Positions 1 to 11,842 of a stretch of 64,000 nt of DNA are shown one piece after another; the stretch's first letter is position 1; each line of letters opens with the position of its first letter. This stretch comes from Octopus vulgaris (taxonomy: Eukaryota): the NCBI GenBank assembly GCA_951406725.2, contig OX597819.1:69068001-69132000 (forward strand). Direction: 5' to 3'. The notes beneath the pieces are model-generated. The model was given only the letters and a program-made list of their open reading frames with translations. It searched no databases and was not told the DNA's origin. The position numbers and the translations under genes are program-made.

Positions 1-326
1 TTTTCCATTTTCAATATCAAAAGCCGTAATTAAAACAACAAAGGCTTCATACAGGCCCACCAACGGTTCAATACTTTATTCCTGAAATTACCTAACAGGA
101 AAGATTACATCCGTTTCTCACCTGCCTTTCTGAAATAATCCTGAAACTCAGGAAAGAAATCATTGACGATGTTGTTGGGAAGTCTGTCCCACAATATCCT
201 ACATAATATTGTTTGCGTAACTCAAAGTTACGCGTATTTTACATAGATTCGAAAGAATTGGATTTAGGTGGAACTCAGCAAAAGAGTTCTCAGCGGTAAG
301 TCTCCAGGGAGAATAAATAAAAGTGT

Positions 327-793
327 GGAGGCACAATGGCCCAGTGGTTAGGGCAGCGGACTCGCGGTCGTGGGATCGCGGTTCCGATTCCCAGACCGAG
401 CGTTGTGAGTGTTTATTGAGCGAAAACACCTAGAGTTCCACGAGGCCCCGCAAGGGATGGTGGCAATCCCTGCTGTACTCTTTCGCCACAACTTTCTCTC
501 AGTCTTTCTTCCTGTTTCTGTTGTACCTGTATTTCAAAGGGCCAGCCTTGTCACACTCTGTGTCACGCTGAATGTCCTCGAGTACTACGTTAAGGGTACA
601 CGTGTCTGTGGAGCGCTCAGCCACTTGCACGTTAATAAATGAGCTGCGACGTCACTGGTGCGAAGCTGCATCGGCCTTTCCCTTGGATAACATCGGTGGC
701 GTGGAGAGGGGAGGCTGGTATGCGTGGGCGACTGCTGGTCTTCCATAAACAATCTTGCCCAGACTTGTACCTCGGAGGGTAACTTTCTAGGTC
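327..793 (+). mobile_element. tRNA-derived SINE (family A)
   Basis: A-box TGGCCCAGTGG and B-box-like GTTCCGATTCC in the head; a homologous copy lies at 43908-44287 and partial copies at about 40550-40690 and 60925-61155. Confidence 0.8.
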
Positions 794-814
794 ACAAATA
801 TATATATATATATA

Positions 815-889
815 CTTTATTTAAAGCAGCAGAAAATTCAACAAAATCTGTTACAGATTTTGTTGAATTTTCTGCTGCTTTAAATAAAG
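815..889. repeat. Perfect 36-bp-arm palindrome (3-nt loop) between (TA)n tracts
   Basis: CTTTATTTAAAGCAGCAGAAAATTCAACAAAATCTG-TTA-CAGATTTTGTTGAATTTTCTGCTGCTTTAAATAAAG; the right arm continues into unique sequence to about 960. Confidence 0.95.
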
Positions 890-958
890 CATATTACTCT
901 ACCACTGGTATTTGAGTACTCTTTTTTCCACCTTGTTTCACATTTATGTGTTTACTCC

Positions 959-1051
<93 letters not shown>

Positions 1052-1711
1052 AGCTTGTGTGTTATGTATGGAGATAGGTATTTCTTTATCTTCGTCCTCC
1101 TCAATATGTGCTTAGAAACAAGTCGACTTACCATCATATTTTTCTTGTTTGTTTGTTTTTTAAACATATCTGCACGCTGTAGCTTTAAAAGTTTAGGGAC
1201 AAATATAATTAAACACGGAAATATACTTTAACAAGATATATAAGTACATTCATAATCATAGTTTCTTAACAAATGGTCGCGATTTTCGGTCGTGTCATCA
1301 AGTTTAAGAGCAGACACCATATCTCTAATGATGATGTTGACAGAAAAACACCCTAGACTCCATTAATTATGTTTTTTTTTCTCTCGACAGTTGGCTCGGC
1401 TATGAAATCGAGGTCATCATTATATGTCAACGATTGAATTATTATATTTCATACCAATTCTTATCTTCCAGTATTTCATAAAAACAAATTGGTATAATTT
1501 TTATTGCTTTTAATACTCCAGGTTTAACGTATCACCCTCCGTCACCCCTGCTGTAGTATACATCGACTAATGTTCATGTGAATGATGAGTGGTTTCACGC
1601 TGCCAAACGTTTGTTGTTCACTGCTATTCTTCTAATTTTACATTACAATTATTATTTTCAATATTTGTATTCACTTTTATATAGGCACACACACACGCAT
1701 ACGCAAACAAA

Positions 1712-1750
<39 letters not shown>

Positions 1751-1995
1751 ATAATGTGTGTGCGTGTGTGTGTGTAAATATTCAATGCACAGAGACGTAG
1801 GCACACCGATACACATATACACACATTTTAGATACATACAAATAACTGATTATATGAAAGTGTGCATGGGTGTATATATTTGCACATATCCGCTTCTTTC
1901 ATTCTCTCTGTCTCTGTATATAAATAGATAGATAACTAAATAGATAGACAGATAGATAGATAGATAAATAGATAGATAGATAGATAGATAGATAT

Positions 1996-2028
<33 letters not shown>

Positions 2029-2148
2029 GAGAGAGACAGATAGATAGATCATCTTATACATACACACATAAATATCTATATATAAATATGTGTGCGCGTA
2101 TGCATACATACATATATGTATGTATATATATATATATATATATATACA

Positions 2149-2229
<81 letters not shown>

Positions 2230-2267
2230 GTTTGTAAATATACACACATATGTATGCTTACATATGC

Positions 2268-2322
<55 letters not shown>

Positions 2323-2361
2323 CGTGTATTGTTGTTTGCTTGAACCACTGCGTATTGTTTG

Positions 2362-2686
2362 TAAAGAATAAAAAGATTTCAATGGTACAACGATGCACTA
2401 TCATACAAACAATGGGCTATATACCGGTTGTAATTTAGTCAGCCATAGTCCGATATGATATTTCGGAATAAAATTCCTTCTTCAGATATACTTAGATGTA
2501 GTCGCTGTTATAATCGTTCTTCCAACGGGTTTTCCTGTTATATAATCAGTAGTGACTCCATCTAAGAATATCTGAAGAAGGAATTTTATTCCGAAATATT
2601 ATCAGACCATGGCTGACAAAATGAAAGAAGTATATAGCCTATTATTTGTATTACAATGCATTGTTGTAATATTCAAAACTTTTCTT

Positions 2687-2691
<5 letters not shown>
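2362..2691. mobile_element. Foldback/MITE-like element with long imperfect inverted repeats
   Basis: ATATTTCGGAATAAAATTCCTTCTTCAGATAT pairs with ATATCTGAAGAAGGAATTTTATTCCGAAATAT; imperfect pairing extends outward to about 145 bp per arm. Confidence 0.7.
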
Positions 2692-2744
<53 letters not shown>

Positions 2745-3101
2745 GAGCAAAACGATCCCCGTCCGAATTTTCTCAAAACAACTTGTCCGTCCACACCAGC
2801 AAACGAAGTACGTCTTGATACACCAAGCATTTCGGCTGTTATCGTTACGCTAGCGCCTGCCATACGAGCACCAACAATTTGAACTCTTTGAAAGTCCGAT
2901 AGATCTGTCATTTTAATTAATTTTAATTACTTTTTCTGATGATATCTGAAAAGAAACAGCGATTTTATCAAAATATATTAAGCAACGCTAATAATAAATA
3001 AAAAAAAAACAAAAAAAAATGAACAAGCTTTCGACGGTTTTATAGATATTTCAAACTTATGATGTTATGATATCACGTGTTTCCATTATTTTGTCCAATC
3101 C
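2745..3101 (-). mobile_element. Tc1-like DNA transposon 5' fragment
   Basis: MTDLSDFQRVQIVGARMAGASVTITAEMLGVSR resembles a Tc1 transposase N-terminal HTH; TIR-like GGATTGGACAAAATAATGGAAAC lies upstream; truncated. Confidence 0.75.
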
Positions 3102-3168
3102 TTACTCTTTTACTTGCTTCAGCCATTTGATGTGGGCATGCTGGAGCTCCGCCTTTAAGACGTGTGAC

Positions 3169-3286
3169 GCTTACAGCACCTAGGTTTCCTAAGCGGTCAC
3201 CCATCTAAGTACTAACTAGGCTCGACGTTGCTTAACTTCGGTGATCGGACGAGAGGCGGTGCTTTCAACGTGATATGGCCGTATCC
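3169..3286 (-). rRNA. 5S rRNA: Orphan 5S rRNA copy (probable pseudogene/retrocopy)
   Basis: Minus strand reads GGATACGGCCATATCACGTTGAAAGCACCGCCTCTCGTCCGATCACCGAAGTTAAGCAACGTCGAGCCTAGTTAGTACTTAGATGGGTGACCGCTTAGGAAACCTAGGTGCTGTAAGC (118 nt) with the hallmark 5S motifs; two mismatches in helix I and no oligo-T terminator. Confidence 0.9.
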
Positions 3287-3299
3287 TTGTTTGTATATA

Positions 3300-3353
<54 letters not shown>

Positions 3354-3375
3354 TTATGTATATATATATATATAC

Positions 3376-3442
<67 letters not shown>

Positions 3443-3616
3443 CATACATACATACATACAAACATACATACATACATACATACATACATACAGATGTGTG
3501 TGATTGTGTAAATATGTATGTATATATATTCGCTGATGAATGTTTGTACATATATGAGAAGACATTATGTACGTCTGTGCATAAGAATGTCCGTCCATAT
3601 GTCCGTCCATATAGGC

Positions 3617-3681
<65 letters not shown>

Positions 3682-4079
3682 ATTATGTATATGAACAATG
3701 GGGTCCATCTAGGGGTATGGATAAGTGTATAACGAATTTACGTCTGCATTATATTAAGTTATATAAATACAGACAGCAGAACTTTCTCGAAGCATGCCAG
3801 ATAAATAGGCAGACAAAAACACATCGAACGATTACAAATGGTATTAATTCGATAGTAATGTCACAATTTGAATGCGATTCTCTGGTCTAATTAAGGTCTG
3901 GAGTAATTGTTACTAATTGCACATTTAATTAACAGTTCAATTGTCTTGGAGATAATCCTCTTTAATACATCATGGCTGCAACTTGAAAATTGAAGTGATT
4001 TCGGAAACTGAGATATAATGCCCCATCGGAGTGATCAAGAAGTGATAATTTATATTACAATTATGTGGATCAGAATCTA

Positions 4080-4184
4080 TGGTGGTGCTGTTGTGGTGGT
4101 GATGGTGACAGTGGAGGTGGTGGTCGCTTTTGTTGTGCTAATGCTGCTGCAGCTGCTGTTGATGATGATGATGATGATGATGAC

Positions 4185-4217
<33 letters not shown>

Positions 4218-4520
4218 AAAGTAGATGAGATGAAGATCGATGGTGATGATAATGATAATGATGATAGTGGAGAGGTCGGTTTCTAGTAATGGTTGTGCTG
4301 GCTGAATTACTTCGCTGTAGTATTTTCTAAAGAACATTATAGTGGTGGTGGTGGTGGTGGTGGTTGTGGTGGTGGTGCTGGTGCTGCTGCTGCTGCTGGT
4401 TGTGGGCCTGATCGTCGTCGTCGTTGTAGTTATGGTTTTCATCGCTGTGGCAACGACGATGATATTAGCGACGACGATGATGATGATGACGACGACGACG
4501 ACGACGACGACGGCGGCGCT
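4080..4520. repeat. Compound trinucleotide microsatellites (GGT/GAT/GCT/GAC)n
   Basis: Directly visible triplet runs; they explain the homopolymeric ORFs here. Confidence 0.95.
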
Positions 4521-6976
4521 GGCAATGACATGTCACTATGCTTCTGTATCATGTGATTTATTTTAACCTGAATAATAGCATGACTCGAGTAGCTGCGTAA
4601 CCGTAGGCCCTACAGTTCTTATGTGCGTTGATGCTGCAATAATAGCTAATATAATGCATCGACCATTTTGATTGCCGAACCGAAGCTGCGTGCCATATAC
4701 CTTATAATACAGACGTAAATAATATATATTTAATGGTCTATACATATCGTTTTACAAAAAACATCGATCCCCAGCGATGCCCAGCGAATGGAAAATCATA
4801 TGTCCGTTATCCATAACCCAGAGTCGTATTCGACGAATTTAGGGCAATGATTGAACATATTTTGCCATATCGTAAGGTCCTCCCGCTTCAAATTAATACG
4901 AGAAACATTTATTATATTCAAATATATACCCTTGTAACGTGTCTCCGTTTCTCGCCTTGTCATTTCCTTCAGTGGCAACCAATTTATCGGCGGGATCACT
5001 ACAGACTTGTAATTTCAACCAAACCTCGGGCCTAGTTGAAATATTTATTATATGCCAATGAATACAACCCATGCGCTTTCTTCCGTTTGTTCCGCCCATT
5101 TTCTCATTTCCTATACTAACGCCAACTTTTGTTCGTGTTCTATACAATCTTGACATTCCTGCCAATTCTCTGACTTAGTTCAAATTTATAGATGAAACTT
5201 GTAATGTATGTAATTTGCTTTGATCGATGTTCTGTAACTTACGTATGTAAAATATGATATTTTAAAATTTCTCACAAAAATATTTGCTTCATCTTCATTT
5301 AAGGGACAATTTTAAGCGTCGCTAATTCCAGACATTTCCTCTGTGGTTGTTATTTAATCCCATATATCTGATTAAAAGTATGAAAAAATTTGCATTTTAT
5401 CTTACTAGGACAGAGAAAAAACTAAGAGGCAGACGCCGGTGTTTGCCTTAATGTGTTTACCGTTCCCGTCCAATTCCTGGCCTCGATATTAAATGAGAAA
5501 TATTTGATGGAACTATTGATTGTTTATATGTCACCATATGCTATTGCTGTATGACGAAATTACTGCTTTATTTCTCGGATTTATTTGTTGTTAATTGGAA
5601 TAAAATACAGAGCAGCTGACATTAACTTAAAAAATATGTATAGTGTAATGTTTATTTCTCAGTTTTTAAAAATGCCGAGCAACACCGAAGTAAGTATATC
5701 ATTTTCTCACAATATTCTCTTTATTTTCCAATGTTTCGAACTATTCATCAGCCTCAGTTGTAATATTTTGCATTTAATACAAGGCATATTGAGCTTATGT
5801 GAAAGCAAGTAGCCCCGTAGTTAGGCAATATTCTAAGAAGTAGATGCAATTGAACTCGAAACAATCCGGCAACGTAATTCTCCGTTTTATTTCACAATTT
5901 TCGCTCTCAACATCAAATAAATTTTATTCCCTATGCACTATAGAAATTGCTAGAAGTAATTTATTTCTTCAATATTTTGCGATAAAAGTATCGTCCAAAT
6001 TCTCATTTGGTATATGGGTCACAGTATGGATCAGCAATCATGCTGAATTATGAACAAAGGAATCTAAATTATGAACAAAAGGAAAAGGCATAGCTATAAA
6101 TTCTTTGATTTGTTTGTTTTTACTTTAATTTTTGTTCTTATTCCCCGGAAAACATCAAGCATCATATTATTTACTAACGGTTAAGTCTTGTTTGTCTGAT
6201 TGATTTTGCTCGAAATTAAATTTGTTAAGAGACTCAAAACATCGTGACTGGGTAGCAGACAGTTGAACTTATCAGACGAGAGTAAGAGGTTATCTGAGAG
6301 AAATTATAATACTAAATATAATTAGAGACAAATTATAGATAAAAGTGAATTCAAAGAGAGGCAAAGGGTAAAAAGTAGCCAAGTTAATAGATAGGGATGC
6401 AATCAAGAATTATAATTAGTGTTACTTAAATACTACATATATTATGGAACAATATCGATTTAGTGAAATTGGCTAAGATTATTCAAGTGTTTTACTCCTA
6501 TTCAAAGATGAAATCTTCCAGAATCTTATTAGCAATTTTGAATTATCATAACCTTTATCCTTGCTTCGCTTTCATTTATATAATTCGTTTAAACATTTTT
6601 TCTTTCACTACCAGCAGAGAAACGCATACACACTAACAAATCTATATCTTTGCTTCGATGTTCCTTTGACCTCTCCGTGTTTGTGTTCCTTATTAAAAAT
6701 AAATAAACCTGTTTGTACGTGTATATATGTACACACACATACATATTCATACATGTATGCCTATATATACTCATAAATCTTTGATTTATTATAGTGTTTT
6801 AGTAATTTTACTGTGACCATGTCTTGGGGTTCTTAGGCGATCAATTCCTTGCTGGTAATTTTTTTCTTTTTCTTTTTTAGTCTGCTGCTTATATTTTGTC
6901 TCTTTATATGGAATCGAACGCGAATACAAGCGAGCAACGCAACGCTTGCTGTTAAGTGCTAAGAGGCATGATACGT

Positions 6977-7022
<46 letters not shown>

Positions 7023-7510
7023 ACACACACACACACACATACACACTCACAAATATTGATATTTGTATAAGCTGGGGTACCATGGTGGTGCTCCAGCATA
7101 AGCAAATGTTTGTTTGGTCTTTTTCGACCTCGAAACTTATGTTTTTCGAAGCCTGATATTTATACTATCAATCATGTTTTGCTGAAACGAAGACGGACAG
7201 AAAACGGGCAAGCATATAGCGATAGATTGATAGATAGGCAGACAGACAAATAGAGAGAGATAATCTAAAATGGAGATTTAGTTATTAATCTGTTGGTAAT
7301 ATATATGTGTATGCAAGTTCTGTGCGCACATGCGTGTGTGTGTAAGAGAGTATGCGTAGACATTCTAGTTAAACTTTTAGCTCACCATTTCACATCCATG
7401 TCTCGTCTCTTAGATCTGTAACATCCTATCAGAATGAATAATCCTCATGTGTTTGTGCTGTCAGAGATGTCCTCTCTGATCCAAACTATCGACAATAATG
7501 TATACCAATA

Positions 7511-7640
7511 AAGCGGCGAGCTGGCTGAATCGTTAACAAACCGGGGAAAATGCTTAGCGACATTTCGTCCATCTTTAAGTTCTGAGTTCCAACGAAGTCG
7601 ATGTTGCATTTCATCCTTTCAGGGTCGATAAAATAAGTTG
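7511..7640 (+). mobile_element. SINE (family B, GGCGAGCTGGCAGAATCGTTAG head)
   Basis: Homologous to copies at 22905, 28060-28410, 30200-30370 and 37275-37662. Confidence 0.75.
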
Positions 7641-7664
7641 TCGAGAGGGGGTAAGGATCAGACA

Positions 7665-7915
7665 TGTATTATAAACTTTGTTGCCTATGAGGTAGAAGTC
7701 ACAGTAACGCTTTAAGATGACGCAATCGAAAAGAAATATTACGTTGGTTTAAGTGAAGGCACTTTTAAAGGACGTTATGCAAATCAACAGTCTTCTTTCC
7801 AGTATATCCGTAAAAGTAAACCCACGAGCGAGGCTTGAAAGCAAAACGCATACCACATGGATGTGGAGGATCGAAGTGAAATCTATACCGTATGTTAAGG
7901 GATCAAAGTGATGTA
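7665..7915 (+). pseudogene. Degraded Penelope-type GIY-YIG endonuclease fragment
   Basis: Hand translation AYEVEVTVTL*DDAIEKKYYVGLSEGTFKGRYANQQSSF parallels VVYKY...VYIGSTSSKIKLRIAQHLNSF of the element at 13493-14305. Confidence 0.7.
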
Positions 7916-7925
7916 TATATATATA

Positions 7926-8540
7926 TCTCTATATATAAAACTGAAATGCGTTTTTACCGCTTGGCTCGCTTTCAATGCCACTACGTCCCGTCCAATTCGC
8001 TCCAAAATTTACAGGGACTTGTAGAATGAGGTGACGATGCCCGTGGGCTACCTTAGAAATCCCTATCTTAAAAGGTGTGGTTGCTAGGGGTCATCTTCCT
8101 CACTCACGCTATTTCCTCCATTCCCCCCTAACTCCCCTTCAATTATAACTTAGATATTTCCACTCCCGTTATTTAATGTAAAGTTCGTCAGACGGCGTTC
8201 TTTGATGTATCTGTCTGTATTCATAGGGAGAATTATCATCGCCACATGCCACCACCAACACACAATCATGAGAACAAATATTATGAATCAGATATTCATT
8301 GCGTTCATTTATATATATGTGAGTGTAGTGGGTGTTTTTTTCGTGCCGCCGGCACAGGTGCCAGGAGGCTGGCAGCGGCAACGATCAGTTGGTGCTTTTT
8401 ACGTGCCACCGGCACAGAAGCCAGTCAAGGCGGCGCTGCAATCGGCCACGTTCGGATGGTGCTTTTTACGTGCTGAAAGGAAGCAACAGAAAGTAACAAC
8501 CACACTCTTACCCGCGCGTAGAGCGGGTCACATTCAGCTA

Positions 8541-8541
<1 letters not shown>
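7926..8541 (+). mobile_element. Non-autonomous Helitron-like element
   Basis: 5' A|TCTCTATATATAAAA; 3' hairpin ACCCGC-GCGTAGA-GCGGGT (8510-8528) then CTAG|T (8538-8541); inserted in an AT site with no TSD. Confidence 0.75.
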
Positions 8542-8587
<46 letters not shown>

Positions 8588-9397
8588 GTATATATATACA
8601 TACATATATTGTGTGTATGCGTGTGTATGAGTGTGTGTGTGTGTTTGTGTGTACGTAATTCCGTTTTTTCCTGGCATACCTTTACGTCAGGTAGGCTATT
8701 TACAGAGTCGCCCGGGCTATTACATCTGAGAAAATATTACATCTGAGAAAATAGCGCCATCGTCTAACCTTTTAGCTTCCTATTACTGGGATGTGAGGTT
8801 TAAAAAAAATTTCATCCATTCACCATTCTCTGACATGTGGACAAATTTATTACCACGTATACTTAAGATGAAAATAACGCTTCTCAGTTTACTCTTTCAA
8901 CCGTCTCATTCTATACCCTTTAGGTAAAAAAATACCCCATGTGAAAATTTATCTTAGTTTTAATTCAACTGAAAAAAGAAAACAGTTTTTTATATGATGT
9001 AATTGATTTGTTCATCAATAAAAGAAATCACGTCTGAAACACCTGTAGTGAACCTCTCCACAATTGTACTATTATTTATACGATACCACATTTAAAATGT
9101 TCCTTGTATCATGGGGATTTGAGCCAGCAGTGGAACGTGGAATGCGGACCAGAATGGAACGTGGAATGCGTACTATGTATTTTTATAATTTACATATACG
9201 TTGAGTGCCTTTGGTCACTATTTCTGGATGTATGCGTAGGCAGAAGTGCAAATCCTAAACCCTGGTGAGAATGTGTGTGTCTGTACACACTGCTGATGCT
9301 ATCCTCGATTCTGACTTTGTGTCTAAGCTTTTAAAATATTTCGATTCCATTGGATATTGCAGGTGGTGATATACTGATATACATAATACATACATAG

Positions 9398-9474
<77 letters not shown>

Positions 9475-9959
9475 GAGAAGGCAGTATATATGCTGACATT
9501 AACTTATGTCTGTATTCTGTTAAATATTATAAGAAACGGGTATGTATCAAAATTTAATGTTTTTACATCGAAGTTTATTCGAATTTCTTTATTCGTTCTT
9601 TGTATTTAAACCCAGAACAATAACGTTGCAACGGATAATACGGTTTATGAACTTCTCAGCCTCTACTTCAGGAGAAAATGTTTAGTATTGCATGATATTG
9701 ATGCATTTTGTAATAGGTAGCAAGGAACATTATGTTGGAACGAATATTTAAAGTTGTCATGACCGGATAAGAATAGCGCCTTACTTTCAATATTTATATT
9801 GTGTGTTGCATCTATGTGTTGATTTCTGGTTTGTATTTTCTTTTTACTAAACCTTTTATACAAAATCTAGTTTAGTGAGGAATTCTGTAGAGGATGGTAG
9901 CTTTATCTGTTAATGTTTTTATATTATCAGTTTTTTCCATACAGCTCTGTTGCCAGAAA

Positions 9960-10645
9960 ATAAAGAGAAGTAAGAGAGAAAATGTAAGAGAAAGTGTAAA
10001 GTCTGGAGTGAAACTAAACTTCAAATAAACTGAAGTTACGTCAACTTGATATTGAAAGAAATGCATTATTGGTGAGCAGGCCGTGGAAGAAGAGACTGTG
10101 TTTGTTGCCTTTGCTGGAATGCTCAAAAGAAATTTACAGAACAGCTTTGAGAAAGGTTGCAATGTTAGAACTGGAGAAAATTAAGAAAGATAAAGGAGCG
10201 TCGCAAAGAACAAAGGATACATTGTTAAAATCAAAGGTATATTCAGTAATGATGTGTGGATGCACAAGCTCTACAATTAACAAACAAGATAGAAGGAAAA
10301 TTGATGCATTGAAAATGTGGGTCTAGCGAAGATTATTGACAATATCATGGATAGAGAGAAGACCTAAAGAATCAATACGGCATGAATTGAAACATGGCGT
10401 TACTTTGGAAGCATTGATTGACAAATATTATAATTCATTGGTCACATTATAAGGTCGGATGGCATGAGAAAGAGCATGAAGTTATGGAACACTAAAGGGG
10501 ATGACCATGACAGGGGTGAATAGCTGGTGTGGATGAAGGATGTGAATAATGAGGCAGTCTTGAATAAGCTCCAGACATGTGAGATAAATAGGAAGAATTG
10601 CGTCCAGTATATGCATGAGAGCGGCAGCAAAAGAAAATGGTTTGA
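9960..10645 (+). mobile_element. Degraded RTE-clade LINE, RT C-terminal fragment
   Basis: TKDTLLKSKVYSVMMCGCTSSTINKQDRRKIDALKMWV*RRLLTISW resembles the RTE/BovB thumb region. Confidence 0.7.
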
Positions 10646-11015
10646 GGACACACACTTACACATACACACATCTGTATATTCGTCCTGCGACACACAGGGA
10701 TACAACAAAATATTCTATTCTATATAGATACGTACACACACATATACACACATGAACGTATACACACTCTCACAAATGCACATATCGAAACATCCACACA
10801 TGACAAGAGTGATTCAAATAGTCGTGCTTTCAGTTTAAATAGATGAAAATGGCTTGCATAATACGACATTCAAACTAACCAACGTTACAAATATGAGACA
10901 ACAACCAAATTATGTTTGAGCCATTTCAAATCGTACGTGAATTTCTAATCGTACTGTAGTTTCTAGTTTTAACTTTCAAATAGACTCTGCGCTGAGATAA
11001 TTTTTGTGTGAGAAA

Positions 11016-11420
11016 TATTAGGTTGTCCGGAAAGTTCGTGTCGATTTATAGTAGCTTACATTTCGGCTTATTTTAGAATATGGTTGAGTCCATAAAATAG
11101 GATTTGACTGCACTTCCGTTTAGAGCACAGTTTAAGATATCTTTTTTTTGGAAGAAGGTTTGTGTTCCTATGACCTGTGTTAATTCTGTAACCCTTTAAA
11201 ATGCAAGACAAGAAAGTTCATTTTCGGCACTTGATGCTTTGGGAACGAGGCAAAAATTGCTGCAGCTCGGCTGGGATGTGTTACCTCACCCTCCATATTC
11301 ACCAGACATTGCACCTTCGGATTTCCACTTATTCAGGTATGTGCAGAATAGTCTTAATGGTAAAAATTTCAATTTCTTGGATGACGTAAAATGATGAATT
11401 GTTTACCATGAAATCACCTG
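11016..11420 (+). mobile_element. Internally deleted mariner transposon relic
   Basis: TA+TTAGGTTGTCCGGAAAGTTCG TIR-like start; MQDKKVHFRHLML; HPPYSPDIAPSDFHLF (mariner YSPDLAP motif); broken off where the Penelope element begins. Confidence 0.8.
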
Positions 11421-11562
11421 AATTATATGTTGATTATATATAGATTATATATAGATTATATATAGATTATATATAGATTATATATATTTATATTATTTCA
11501 TTGATAAATTTATATTATTTTAAACTTATATTTTAAAATATTGATATTTTTAGATCGGAAAT

Positions 11563-11606
11563 CCACCTGACGAATGTCATTTGAAGACATGAAACAATTG
11601 TAGTGG
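11563..11606 (+). ncRNA. Minimal type I hammerhead ribozyme (5' pLTR)
   Basis: CCAC-CTGACGA-ATGTC-ATTTGAA-GACAT-GAAA-CAATTG-TA-GTGG: intact core, 5-bp stem II, palindromic stem III; predicted cut after GUA (11602). Confidence 0.9.
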
Positions 11607-11842
11607 CGATTTATTTACTTTATATTAAATTTTTTTATGTATTGATTAAGTCTTCCCTTGTTTGATTTGCAAAATAGTGGTTTTGTCTCGAATTAATATT
11701 ATATAATATTTTACTATAAAATTGGATTTAATCCTAAATCTGATTTTTTCCCTGTAATTTTGGATTTATTCCCTAATATTTATTATTATTTAATATATTG
11801 ATAATTTTGTATATTGAGTGTAATACCTCAATTTCGTAAATT

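Noticed and set aside
4750-5500. Possible minus-strand exons
   Set aside because: The candidate exon has stops in all three frames and no recognisable homology.
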